Source: Pseudomonadota bacterium
Lineage (GTDB): Bacteria > Desulfobacterota > S145-22
Direction of reading: 5' to 3'
DNA length: 51,145 nucleotides
NCBI GenBank assembly: GCA_015493505.1
Contig: WGDA01000168.1
Span: 1-51,145, forward strand
The stretch's first letter is position 1. Each line of letters opens with the position of its first letter. Below, piece by piece: positions 8,422 to 17,295 of this stretch. Below the pieces are notes generated by a model. That model did not search any database. It saw nothing but the letters and a program-made list of their open reading frames with translations, and was not told the DNA's origin. Made by a program: the position numbers and the translations under genes.

Positions 8422-9009
8422 ATGAATCGAAAAGGCTTTACCCTCCTTGAGATCCTGATTGTCGTCGCCATCATCGCGGTTCTGGTAGCCGTTTTGGTTC
8501 CCATCGCCGTCAATCAGATGGAAAAAGCGGACATCACCCGCGCGTGGGCGGATGTCAACGCTATCGAAACCGCTGTTACAAACTTCCGAAGTGACACAAA
8601 GGAATTCCCCACCCGAGACAATAACGGAAATCCAAACATAGAAGATGTCCTGTTCACGGGTGAAACCTGGGCTTCACACGGCGAAACCTTCGCTTCGGGC
8701 GTGGGGTATGGCAGCGACCAAGACCGGATGTGGTATCATTTCAACACCAATGACAATGATCGGTATCCCGCCTGGGACAGCACCACCCTGATCGGCTGGC
8801 ATGGCCCCTATCTGGACAGAGACCCCCTGGATCCCTGGGGGCACATGTATATCCTGTCCACATACGCCATGACCCATCCGTCTGGGGGGACCACCTATTA
8901 CAGTTGGATCCTTTCAGCGGGGCCAAACGGCCGATTTCAGACGGATGACACTGTGGATACCCTTCAGGGAGATGATATCGGGAAATGGATTTATGAATGG
9001 CCTCAGTAA
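8422..9009 (+). CDS. GspG-like prepilin (pilin 5)
   Basis: MNRKG|FTLLEIL; GWHGPYL..DPWG; WILSAGPNG..GDDIG (alternative GTG start 8416). Confidence 0.9.
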   Translation: MNRKGFTLLEILIVVAIIAVLVAVLVPIAVNQMEKADITRAWADVNAIETAVTNFRSDTKEFPTRDNNGNPNIEDVLFTGETWASHGETFASGVGYGSDQDRMWYHFNTNDNDRYPAWDSTTLIGWHGPYLDRDPLDPWGHMYILSTYAMTHPSGGTTYYSWILSAGPNGRFQTDDTVDTLQGDDIGKWIYEWPQ

Positions 9010-9049
9010 CGCAACCCCCATTCATATCGGCAGAATATCTCTACGTGAT

Positions 9050-9823
9050 ATGAGAAAGAAATCGCAGAAAGGGTTTACCCTCATTGAGATGATCGCCGCG
9101 CTGGCCATTATGATTACCATCGTGGCCATCGCCGTTCCCATGGCCATCAAGTTCATGGAAGCGCAGGAAATACGGGCGGCACGCACGGAGATGTCTCGAA
9201 TCTTTAATGACATCCTTTTTGGGGACCCTAAAAATGGAACTTTCGGCTTTGTGGGGGATGTTGGAAGCTATCCTAAAAGCATGAAGGATCTGATTGAAAA
9301 CGCGTCGGGCTACACACCCTACCAAACCTGTACGGGAGGCGTGAAATACGGTTGGCATGGCCCCTATTCCCCCGATGGGGAAAACCTCCTGAAAGACCCG
9401 TGGGGGGAAGATTACCTGTATTATAAATACGACCCTTATAATTACCTGATCATCCAATCAAAAGGGCCTGACAGAGAAAAAGGGACATCGGATGACCTCT
9501 ATTATCCTATCAACAAGGAAGAAATCCCAGCTTACGGATCAGTCCTCGTGGAAGTCAAAGATGAGCGGACGACTCCCTCTCCCTTCCCTTTCCCTTTCCC
9601 ACACACTAAAAACCTCTTTGTCCGTCTTTATTACGCTAAAAAAGGAAAAGAGAAATCCAAGGACAAATCCTATAAGGGAAGCCCCGTACTTTTCGATGGA
9701 CAGTTCGTCCATCATGGCCTGCATCTGATTCAACTGCTCGACAACAAAGGGAATATCCTCACATCTACTGTCGCCACGGTTATTCACGGCCAGCAAACCA
9801 TTGTTCATTTAACTATCCGATAG
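9050..9823 (+). CDS. GspG-like prepilin with extra C-terminal domain (pilin 6)
   Basis: MRKKSQKG|FTLIEMI; GWHGPY..KDPWG..SKGPD..DDL, then about 100 further residues; start could be 8993. Confidence 0.8.
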   Translation: MRKKSQKGFTLIEMIAALAIMITIVAIAVPMAIKFMEAQEIRAARTEMSRIFNDILFGDPKNGTFGFVGDVGSYPKSMKDLIENASGYTPYQTCTGGVKYGWHGPYSPDGENLLKDPWGEDYLYYKYDPYNYLIIQSKGPDREKGTSDDLYYPINKEEIPAYGSVLVEVKDERTTPSPFPFPFPHTKNLFVRLYYAKKGKEKSKDKSYKGSPVLFDGQFVHHGLHLIQLLDNKGNILTSTVATVIHGQQTIVHLTIR

Positions 9824-9912
9824 AAAAAATACGATATTTCAGCATATTATAATCCTATCATCATAAAATTTCGATATTATCACCAGAACCTACTGATATT
9901 TAAATTTTTTCC

Positions 9913-9940
9913 TTGACAAGTATAAATTTAAGTTTATAAT
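9913..9940 (+). promoter_or_regulatory. Sigma-70 promoter with overlapping palindrome
   Basis: TTGACA-16 bp-TATAAT; near-perfect palindrome TATAAATTT|AAGTTTATA at 9921-9938. Confidence 0.75.
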
Positions 9941-9958
9941 TGGAGTGAGGGTGCGCAA

Positions 9959-10198
9959 ATGAACACGACGGATGTCCTAAGGCGAACGGGTATTCCAAGG
10001 CAAAAGCTCTATTACCTTGAACAGAAAGGGTATATCTCCCCGCAGAAAATCCGCGTTGGCGAAAAGGTCTTCAGAGAATTCAACGAATCTGACGTTAAAC
10101 TCATCCATTGGATCTGGACCTACCTGAAAGATGGCTTTCGCTATCGTATTGCCTATGAAAAGGCCCTGAAAAAGGTCGGTGACGGGAGAAAAGTGTAA
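9959..10198 (+). CDS. Small MerR-family winged-HTH DNA-binding protein (no effector domain)
   Basis: TTDVLRRTGIPRQKLYYLEQKGYISP..FREF..SDV..I..YLKDGF pattern of the MerR HTH; 79 aa. Confidence 0.8.
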   Translation: MNTTDVLRRTGIPRQKLYYLEQKGYISPQKIRVGEKVFREFNESDVKLIHWIWTYLKDGFRYRIAYEKALKKVGDGRKV

Positions 10199-11815
10199 AT
10201 GCCCTTCAGATCGCAAACCATTCTTGGCGTTCAGATTACAAACGATAAAATCCGCCTGGTGGAAGGTAAAAGGGCGGACGTGGCCATTTCCGTCTCGCGA
10301 ACTGAAACTTTTCCTCATGGGCCTGGAAAAGACCTCTACCAGACATTGCGGGAAGCCTTAAAAAGCTCAAAAGTGGAAAAGGTTTGCCTGACGCTTCCTT
10401 CCAACTCTGCCAACCATTTCTTCTTTTCGCTTCCAGCCCTGAAAAAGAAGGACGCGCTCATAGTCGTTGAGAGGGAGCTGGCGCAAACCGCTTCTTTTGC
10501 CGTTGGTGACAGCTTTTTTGACTTTACCATCCCCTCCTCTGACGGAGACGGCCCCCTTGACTACGCGGTACTTTCCGCCAAAAAGAATGAAGTCCTCGCG
10601 ACTATCTCCGAATGTCAACGAGCGGGGAAAAAACCTATCCTTCTCACCAGTTACCCTTTCAGCCTTCAACACCTTCTCCAGGTCGTCATCCCTGAATTCA
10701 GAGACCAAATCTACGCCAGCCTTCACATAGAAGAAGACAAAGGATTCCTCTCCATCTTTAAAAAAGGGACTCTTGTCTTTACGCGCAGTTTTTCACTCAA
10801 AATCAAGGCGCCCATGCCTTCCGATTTTGGAAGCGGTTTCCAGAATGAGATCTCCCCTACCGCGACCCGGATTATCCAGGAGACAAGCCGCTCCCTCCTC
10901 TTCTACAAGCAGCACTCCCACGGCCTCATGGCAAAGGGGATTATCGTCAGCGGCAATATTGCGGATACGGGGACCCTGGAAACCACCATGCAGGATGAGC
11001 TGGGGGTTGAAACCCATTTCCTCTCCCCGGAAGACGGGAAAGGCTTGCTCACCCTGTTAAAGCAAAAGGACAAGCCCTTAACAACCCAGGCGCTCATGGA
11101 ATACGCTGTTCCGTTGGGGCTCATACACGCCTCCACTGAAGACACTCCCAATCTCATCCCGGAAATCATCCTGAAGAAAAAAACCATATTCTGGGGACGG
11201 CTCGCCATGATCATCATCGCCATCATCCTGTTCGGGGGGGCCGCTTTCACGCATCTGACTTTAAGGAGGCAAGCAGCTATACTTCAGGAAGCCGTCACAA
11301 CTCAGGAATCAATCCATAAGAGAATGCTTCCAATCATCGCCGCCATCAAAAAAACGAAGAAAAGCAGGGAAAGATACCAAGCCCTTTCTCAATTTTCGAA
11401 GGGGATTCTCGCCTCCCCCGTTTTCTGGACACCATTCTGGGAAGACGTGAGCCAGATCATCCCAGAAGAGATGGTGATAGACCAGGCGGAATTCGTTCAG
11501 GACACCACTCTTAAAACGACATATAAATATAAATTTACTGGTCAGATCAATTCGCCTTCGGCGGAAAAAGCCCAGGAGGTTTATCAGAAATTCATCGACC
11601 TCCTCTTTTCATCCCCATGTGTCATTGAAGGGACGTTTTCCCCACCGGAAATTCTGCCCGCGAAAACCCGGGTTCAAGTCCAGCCTCCGGCGGGCCACGA
11701 CGTGCTGGGAAGCCTCAAAAGCAAAGTCCAGGAGATCGAACAAAAAGGGGCAAGCCTGGCATATCACCTTCAGGGGAAGCTGCAAACGAAATGCGTCAAT
11801 GGGGGCGGCAAATGA
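10199..11815 (+). CDS. PilM-PilN-like fusion (GspL/MshI-like architecture)
   Basis: Cytoplasmic actin-like region (ILGVQI, IIQETSRSLLFY, IIVSG), PNLIP linker resembling the PilN N-terminal INLLP motif, one TM, coiled coil, periplasmic C-domain. Confidence 0.7.
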   Translation: MPFRSQTILGVQITNDKIRLVEGKRADVAISVSRTETFPHGPGKDLYQTLREALKSSKVEKVCLTLPSNSANHFFFSLPALKKKDALIVVERELAQTASFAVGDSFFDFTIPSSDGDGPLDYAVLSAKKNEVLATISECQRAGKKPILLTSYPFSLQHLLQVVIPEFRDQIYASLHIEEDKGFLSIFKKGTLVFTRSFSLKIKAPMPSDFGSGFQNEISPTATRIIQETSRSLLFYKQHSHGLMAKGIIVSGNIADTGTLETTMQDELGVETHFLSPEDGKGLLTLLKQKDKPLTTQALMEYAVPLGLIHASTEDTPNLIPEIILKKKTIFWGRLAMIIIAIILFGGAAFTHLTLRRQAAILQEAVTTQESIHKRMLPIIAAIKKTKKSRERYQALSQFSKGILASPVFWTPFWEDVSQIIPEEMVIDQAEFVQDTTLKTTYKYKFTGQINSPSAEKAQEVYQKFIDLLFSSPCVIEGTFSPPEILPAKTRVQVQPPAGHDVLGSLKSKVQEIEQKGASLAYHLQGKLQTKCVNGGGK

Positions 11816-12447
11816 AAACACAATGGCTTTCCGACCAGCCCGGATGGGTAAAAAGCATCATTCTGGGAACGGGAATCTGCGTGTTTATCGGGCTCATGTA
11901 TTTCCTTGATTTTCGCCCCACGTTTAGAAAAATCAAGCAGGAACAAAACAGGATTGCCGCCCTGACAGTGGAAAACGACGCCTTCAGAAAAGAAATCATC
12001 CATTTCAAAAAACCAACCCCAAAAGAAATTCAGTCCTGGGAATCGCTGTCCGGTTACCTGAGGGAACGCATTCCCAGGGAGAAGGAAACGCTCCTTGCCG
12101 CGCGCCTCCTGGCGGAAAAAGCCGCGCAAAATCAGCTCATGGACGTAACCATTAAAGTCCCCACCGTTTCCGCCTCCTCCCTTGTTATCTCCCAGATTGC
12201 CGGCAAACACCCCACCGTCAAAACTCGGCAAAGTCTCTTCAAGCAATTCGGCATTCAATCTTTTGACATGGAAATGGACTACGTGTCCTCGCTGAAAAGC
12301 AGCCTCGCTTTCCTGGACGCCATCGGAACAAACCCGACGCGCTACCTGGAGACGACCCAGGTAAAAATATCAAAAGACTTCCCCTTTATACGAACCAACG
12401 TCATTATTCGATTCTTTTATGGAGGCCGCTTGAATGTTAAAGAATAA
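11812..12447 (+). CDS. PilO/GspM/MshJ-like alignment protein
   Basis: ATGA overlap with upstream gene; N-terminal TM, coiled coil, RIP motif; operon position. Confidence 0.6.
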   Translation: MKTQWLSDQPGWVKSIILGTGICVFIGLMYFLDFRPTFRKIKQEQNRIAALTVENDAFRKEIIHFKKPTPKEIQSWESLSGYLRERIPREKETLLAARLLAEKAAQNQLMDVTIKVPTVSASSLVISQIAGKHPTVKTRQSLFKQFGIQSFDMEMDYVSSLKSSLAFLDAIGTNPTRYLETTQVKISKDFPFIRTNVIIRFFYGGRLNVKE

Positions 12448-13078
12448 AGCGGTAATGACGATCATCTTCCTTCTGCTTGCCGGCGCGATCGCCTATAATG
12501 TCTATTTTTTCTACAAGCGAACCCACCCAGCCGCGCCTCAACCAGTGGTAACCCCTTCCAGCAAGATGGCAAAGACTCCAAAACCAACGGCAGCGACACC
12601 TCGCGCCGCGTCAGCATCGAGCCCCCCGCCGGCATCGTCCGCCGAATCCCAACAAAATAGCAAGACACCCCTTATGGAGAAGGCTGGAACGGTCAACCTG
12701 CGTAAACGCGCGCTTAAAACGGGCTCCTGGGGGCGAAACCCTTTCTTTACCCCTGACGAACTCAGGCAAATTGCCCTGTTAAAAGGGGAAGCAACGGAAA
12801 GCGAAAAGCTGAAAAAGGTGGAAAAAATCCCGGTAAATTTATCTGGAATCATTGAGGTCGAGCATGAAAGAATGGCAATCATCAACAACCGGGTCATGGT
12901 GGAAGGTGAAGAAATCGGGAATATCAAACTTTTGAAGGTGTTACCAGCGGCGGTATGGATCACTGTCGACAACATCAGACGCTGGGTTCCCTTACCGCAG
13001 TCCCAAATCGCCCTGGTGGTACAAGAAACTACCCAACACACTCCTCAAGATTTAAAGAAGAAGGAGAATCAAAAATGA
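12434..13078 (+). CDS. PilP/MshK/GspB-like periplasmic protein
   Basis: TM anchor, Pro/Ala/Ser-rich linker, GRNPF motif, LSGII..AIINNRV..EGEEI beta domain. Confidence 0.6.
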   Translation: MLKNKAVMTIIFLLLAGAIAYNVYFFYKRTHPAAPQPVVTPSSKMAKTPKPTAATPRAASASSPPPASSAESQQNSKTPLMEKAGTVNLRKRALKTGSWGRNPFFTPDELRQIALLKGEATESEKLKKVEKIPVNLSGIIEVEHERMAIINNRVMVEGEEIGNIKLLKVLPAAVWITVDNIRRWVPLPQSQIALVVQETTQHTPQDLKKKENQK

Positions 13079-14721
13079 AAGTTAGGGCTTTGTCAGGAAT
13101 TCTTCTTTGGTGCGCTTTTTTGATCGTGGGCGGATGCGCGCAGACCCCCACTCATAAATCCGCGACCAGCCCGTTACACCCCATGGAGGCTTCTTCCCCT
13201 CCCGTTCCGCCTCTAAAATCCCTCCCCGCGCTCAGTCCCGCCGTGCCTTCGGAACACGCCCTCATCCCCACAAAGGGGAAAAAGCTTTACACGCTTTCCC
13301 TCCGCAATGCTAACATCCGTGAAGTGCTGTTAGCGTTTGCCAAAAAAGAAGACAAAAACATTATTATCAACCCGGACGTCACGGGAAACGTGACGGTAGA
13401 TATCAAACAACTCACGTTCAAGGAAATCCTCGACCTCATCCTGCCGCCCCTGCATCTCGCTTATAAAATCAAGGAAGGTCGTTTCGTCCATATCTATAAA
13501 CAGAAACCGGTGGGCAGACTTTTCATCTTCAACTATGTTATCAGCGATCGGGAGGGCACCTCGACGCTCTCCGCTTCCACGGGCTCAGATAACAGCTCCG
13601 GCTCCTCCGGAAGCGGAGGATCCAGCAGCGGAGGCGGCACGGGCGGAAGCGGCAGCAGTAACAGCGAATCCACGCTGGACACCAAGGAAGATTTCAAGGT
13701 TTGGGATGATCTGCAAACCGCCATTAAAGGGATGCTCTCCTCAGAAGGGAAACTGATAATAAACAAGACCTCAAACAGTATCTACGTCATCGATTACCCC
13801 TACCAGTTGAAACTCATTTCTCAATACCTGCATTCCATTCAGGCCATCATGCACCGTGAGGTCATGATCGAAGCGGAAATTCTCGAAGTCTATCTGAAAG
13901 ACCAGTATGAAATGGGGATAGACTGGAACAGCGTCTCCGCACTCCTGCCGAATGGATATCATGGAACCTTAGCCGGAGGCGCCACTGTGGCGCAAAACCT
14001 TAGCCCCAACAACGCGCGTTTCCAAATCGGGATTTCCAACAACAAATTTTCGACCCTCATCGACGCGCTGGGCACGCAGGGGGACATCAATGTTTTATCC
14101 AAACCGCGGATATCCACGCTGAACAACCAAAAAGCCATCATCAAGATGGGCAGGGATGATGTTTTCTGGCAGGTAACCGTTGACACGGACCTCCAGACGG
14201 GAATCAAGACGGAAACCACGTCAGCCCAGACCGTGACGGAAGGTGTGATTCTCTCGGTAACGCCTCAGATTGATGGCCAGGGAAATGTGATTATGAACAT
14301 CCAGCCAACTGTTACCGAGAAGGTAGGTGTTTCAGAATCGCGATACGGAGATACCGCGCCCATCATGGATATTCGTGAAACGAACACCATCGTGCGGGTC
14401 AAAAGCGGCCAAACCATCGTGATCGCGGGCCTCATGCGAACGAAAACGGATGAAGAGGTCGAGCAGGTCCCCCTGTTAGGGGATATTCCCCTTATTGGGA
14501 CCCTCTTCAGGCACACCAAACAGGAAGCGAGAAAAACCGAGCTGGTCATCTTGCTCAAACCAACGATCCTGACCCCTTCTCTGATTACCAATATCTCCGC
14601 GAGAGACCGCCAGAGAATGTACGGCACTTACAAGGAAAGAGGATTCAAGCTGGGCGGCAGGCCCTGGAGATATGGCGTTAAAGGAGAAACAAAGGATTTG
14701 AAACCTTTCAGGGGGTTTTAA
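13075..14721 (+). CDS. MshL-like lipoprotein secretin
   Basis: SD AAGGAG before ATG 13075; lipobox-like IVGG-C; Ser/Gly-rich loop; VMIEAEILEV..GIDW, LSKPRI..LNNQKA, GQTIVIAGL, VPLLGDIPLIGTLF, KTELVILLKP. Confidence 0.9.
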   Translation: MKVRALSGILLWCAFLIVGGCAQTPTHKSATSPLHPMEASSPPVPPLKSLPALSPAVPSEHALIPTKGKKLYTLSLRNANIREVLLAFAKKEDKNIIINPDVTGNVTVDIKQLTFKEILDLILPPLHLAYKIKEGRFVHIYKQKPVGRLFIFNYVISDREGTSTLSASTGSDNSSGSSGSGGSSSGGGTGGSGSSNSESTLDTKEDFKVWDDLQTAIKGMLSSEGKLIINKTSNSIYVIDYPYQLKLISQYLHSIQAIMHREVMIEAEILEVYLKDQYEMGIDWNSVSALLPNGYHGTLAGGATVAQNLSPNNARFQIGISNNKFSTLIDALGTQGDINVLSKPRISTLNNQKAIIKMGRDDVFWQVTVDTDLQTGIKTETTSAQTVTEGVILSVTPQIDGQGNVIMNIQPTVTEKVGVSESRYGDTAPIMDIRETNTIVRVKSGQTIVIAGLMRTKTDEEVEQVPLLGDIPLIGTLFRHTKQEARKTELVILLKPTILTPSLITNISARDRQRMYGTYKERGFKLGGRPWRYGVKGETKDLKPFRGF

Positions 14722-15771
14722 ATGTACACGGAATTCTACCATTTCAAGGAAAAACCCTTTGGGTTGACGCCCAACCCGGCATACCTCTTCCTCAGTGAGT
14801 CTCACAGAGAGGCGCTCAACCACCTGAACTTCGGCATCCAACAGAAAGAGGGATTCATTCTGATTACGGGAGACGTGGGAACCGGCAAGACCACACTCTG
14901 CAGAAGCCTGTTAAGCCAACTCAAAAAAGGCTATAAAACAGCGTATATCTTCAATCCCGTTTTATCAATCAAAGACCTCCTGAAAAATATCCTTGAAGAA
15001 TTGGGCATCCCCGTGAGAGCCGGACAAACCAAGCGAGACCTCATCGTGGCGCTGAATCAACGCCTCCTTGACTTTTACAAGCAGGGAATAGGCACGGTGC
15101 TCATCATTGATGAGGCTCAGGACCTGTCTATCGAGGTACTCGAAAACATTCGCCTCCTTTCCAACCTGGAAACGACCCGTGACAAATTATTGCAGATCGT
15201 GCTGGTCGGACAGCCAGAGTTAGAAGAAAAACTGGCTCTCCATTCCTTGAGGCAACTGAATCAGAGAATCACCATCCGATACCATCTAAAGGCCCTTTCG
15301 CTGGAAGAAACCCGGGATTACATCCAGCATCGAATCATCATCGCGGGGACATCCGCGTCCGTAAGGTTTGATGCCTCCGCCGTCAAAGTCGTCTATCGGC
15401 TTTCAGGCGGCATCCCCCGCCTCATCAACCAGTTATGCGACCGGGCGCTTTTGGCGGGATATGTAGCCCAGAAGCGAAACATAACGGGCAAACTCGTTAA
15501 GAAGGGCCTTCACAGCCTTCAGCCTAAAAAGCGCTTTCCCCTGAGGATGTTGCAGTGGGTTGGGATTACGGCTGGAATCCTGCTTATCCTGATGGGCGGA
15601 TATCTGGCGTCTCGAATGATTGAATGGCCCGCCCTGAAGACCCAAAAGCATGCCATATCCATTGAGAGCTCCGTATCGAAAGCCGCTCTTAATTCCGCCA
15701 AGGATTCTCGAGCAGAAGCCCGCGCCGGCGGTATGAAAACAGGAGGGACTCCCATCCATGAGTCTCATTGA
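14722..15771 (+). CDS. MshM/ExeA-family AAA+ ATPase
   Basis: MY.EFY.F..KPF..TP start, Walker A GDVGTGKT, IIDEAQ, LVGQPEL, GIPRLIN..CDRAL; C-terminal TM. Confidence 0.9.
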   Translation: MYTEFYHFKEKPFGLTPNPAYLFLSESHREALNHLNFGIQQKEGFILITGDVGTGKTTLCRSLLSQLKKGYKTAYIFNPVLSIKDLLKNILEELGIPVRAGQTKRDLIVALNQRLLDFYKQGIGTVLIIDEAQDLSIEVLENIRLLSNLETTRDKLLQIVLVGQPELEEKLALHSLRQLNQRITIRYHLKALSLEETRDYIQHRIIIAGTSASVRFDASAVKVVYRLSGGIPRLINQLCDRALLAGYVAQKRNITGKLVKKGLHSLQPKKRFPLRMLQWVGITAGILLILMGGYLASRMIEWPALKTQKHAISIESSVSKAALNSAKDSRAEARAGGMKTGGTPIHESH

Positions 15772-17032
15772 AGACGCGCTGGATAAGGCCGAAAAGGAAC
15801 GGACGGAAACCGGGCGACCGGAGGCGCCTGGTTTAGGGGGCCTTCCATCCGCGGCAAGGGGGGATGGTCCGAAAAGCAAGCTAAGGACCATCGTGGCCGT
15901 GGCAGCAATAATCTGCATCATTCTTTCCCTTACCTATCTGGGGTTATGGTGGTTCCACAGGGAAAGCCCTGGGTCTTCAAGGATAGCCTTGAGTCCCGGC
16001 ATCGCTCAACAACCGACTGCACATCCCACTCCCGAAGCGGTAAGGGAGAAACCGGCTCATTTGACTTCTTCAGTGGCCTCAAAGAACGTTCCCCACTCAG
16101 CGCCAACAGAGCAAAAGGTTGGAGAAAAGATACCCAGGCAGGCCTCGGTCACTCAAACGCCTGCGCCAGCTTCCCAAAATTCTTTGAAACACCCCAAAGA
16201 GGCTCAGACGGCGGTTCATGCGTCGCGTCCGGGGCGCGTTGTGAAACGGACTCATCACCTTTCCCACGCACATGCCCACGCTCATATTCACTCCGCAAAA
16301 AAGCGGCATCACACCAAAAAAAGGACAAACAGGAAGGCAAGCCATCACGCCAGCAGCGCTTCCCGCAAGTCACTGCCACGCCACGTGGCACCCTCAAAAG
16401 AGAACGCGGAACATCTTTCTCTCTCCGTGCGCATCGCCCGGCAATATGTTGAAAAAGGGCTTTCAGCCTATAAAGCGGGAGAACTTCAAAAGGCCGCGCG
16501 CGCCCTTGAAACTTCTATAACTTACGCCGACCCTACCCCTCAAACCCTCGCCTTTCTTGGAAGTATCTATCTGGAAATGGGCAATTACGATAAAGCCTAT
16601 CAATACACGCGCAAGGCGCTCGCGAAGGCCCCAATGGACCCCAAGATACAGGAAAACATGGGGATCATTCTGATGTCAAAGGAGTCGTACGATCAGGCTA
16701 TTCCCTTTTTCCTCCGGGTGATTCAGGCGCGCCCTTTTTGGTACACGCCCCACGTAAACCTGGGTATTGCTTACTGGAAATCAGGCAATTTAGCCGCCGC
16801 TCGGGATCAGCTTCTCACAGCCATCAAGATAGAAAAAGACAGGCCTGAAGCGTATTACAACCTATCGGGGGTATATGAAGCCCAGGGAGATTACTCCCAC
16901 GCCTGCGCCACGCTTGAAAGCTTCCTCAAACATGCGCAGTCGCTGCCCTCCTCCGAGCGCCGCGTGGCCGCGCTACACCTGAAATATCTGAGATCCTATC
17001 TCCAGAAAAAGAGGCCAGACAATGGAAGATAG
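15758..17032 (+). CDS. MshN-like TPR protein
   Basis: MSLIEDAL.KA start typical of MshN/ExeB-like proteins, TM, long disordered linker, about five C-terminal TPRs. Confidence 0.75.
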   Translation: MSLIEDALDKAEKERTETGRPEAPGLGGLPSAARGDGPKSKLRTIVAVAAIICIILSLTYLGLWWFHRESPGSSRIALSPGIAQQPTAHPTPEAVREKPAHLTSSVASKNVPHSAPTEQKVGEKIPRQASVTQTPAPASQNSLKHPKEAQTAVHASRPGRVVKRTHHLSHAHAHAHIHSAKKRHHTKKRTNRKASHHASSASRKSLPRHVAPSKENAEHLSLSVRIARQYVEKGLSAYKAGELQKAARALETSITYADPTPQTLAFLGSIYLEMGNYDKAYQYTRKALAKAPMDPKIQENMGIILMSKESYDQAIPFFLRVIQARPFWYTPHVNLGIAYWKSGNLAAARDQLLTAIKIEKDRPEAYYNLSGVYEAQGDYSHACATLESFLKHAQSLPSSERRVAALHLKYLRSYLQKKRPDNGR

Positions 17033-17040
17033 CCATTTTT

Positions 17041-17089
17041 TTCACGATTTCAGGGGATGTGGTCGCATAGCATTCCTTCTCAGCGTGAA
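17041..17089. repeat. Imperfect hairpin after the last pilus gene
   Basis: TTCACG..AGGGGATGT / GCATTCCTT..CGTGAA; same design as 6749-6837. Confidence 0.45.
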
Positions 17090-17295
17090 TCGGTATCATC
17101 TGGACAAATTAAAAGGGTATCACCTCGAGGCACTTAGGCAAGGGGCTTTGAAAAAAATTAGCCAATTCGGCGGGAAAAAGGAATTTGACACCTTTGAGAA
17201 GATTTTATTTGCAAACGGAAAATAAAAGAATTAGAATAAAATTGACATCAGTTATGGGTTAAGCTAATCCTTCAGAGGAAGAAAGGAAAGGAATC

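Noticed and set aside
1-9823. Neisseria-style silent-cassette antigenic variation, DGR or shufflon acting on the pilins
   Set aside because: All copies are intact genes with their own prepilin motifs and synonymous divergence. No long identical repeats, reverse transcriptase or recombinase are visible.
13585-13665. Ser/Gly low-complexity tract in the secretin as a novel repeat
   Set aside because: A Ser/Gly-rich loop at this position is a known feature of MshL-type secretins.
17022-17225. 67-aa ORF after the mshN-like gene
   Set aside because: No recognisable motif; it overlaps a hairpin and AT-rich promoter-like sequence.
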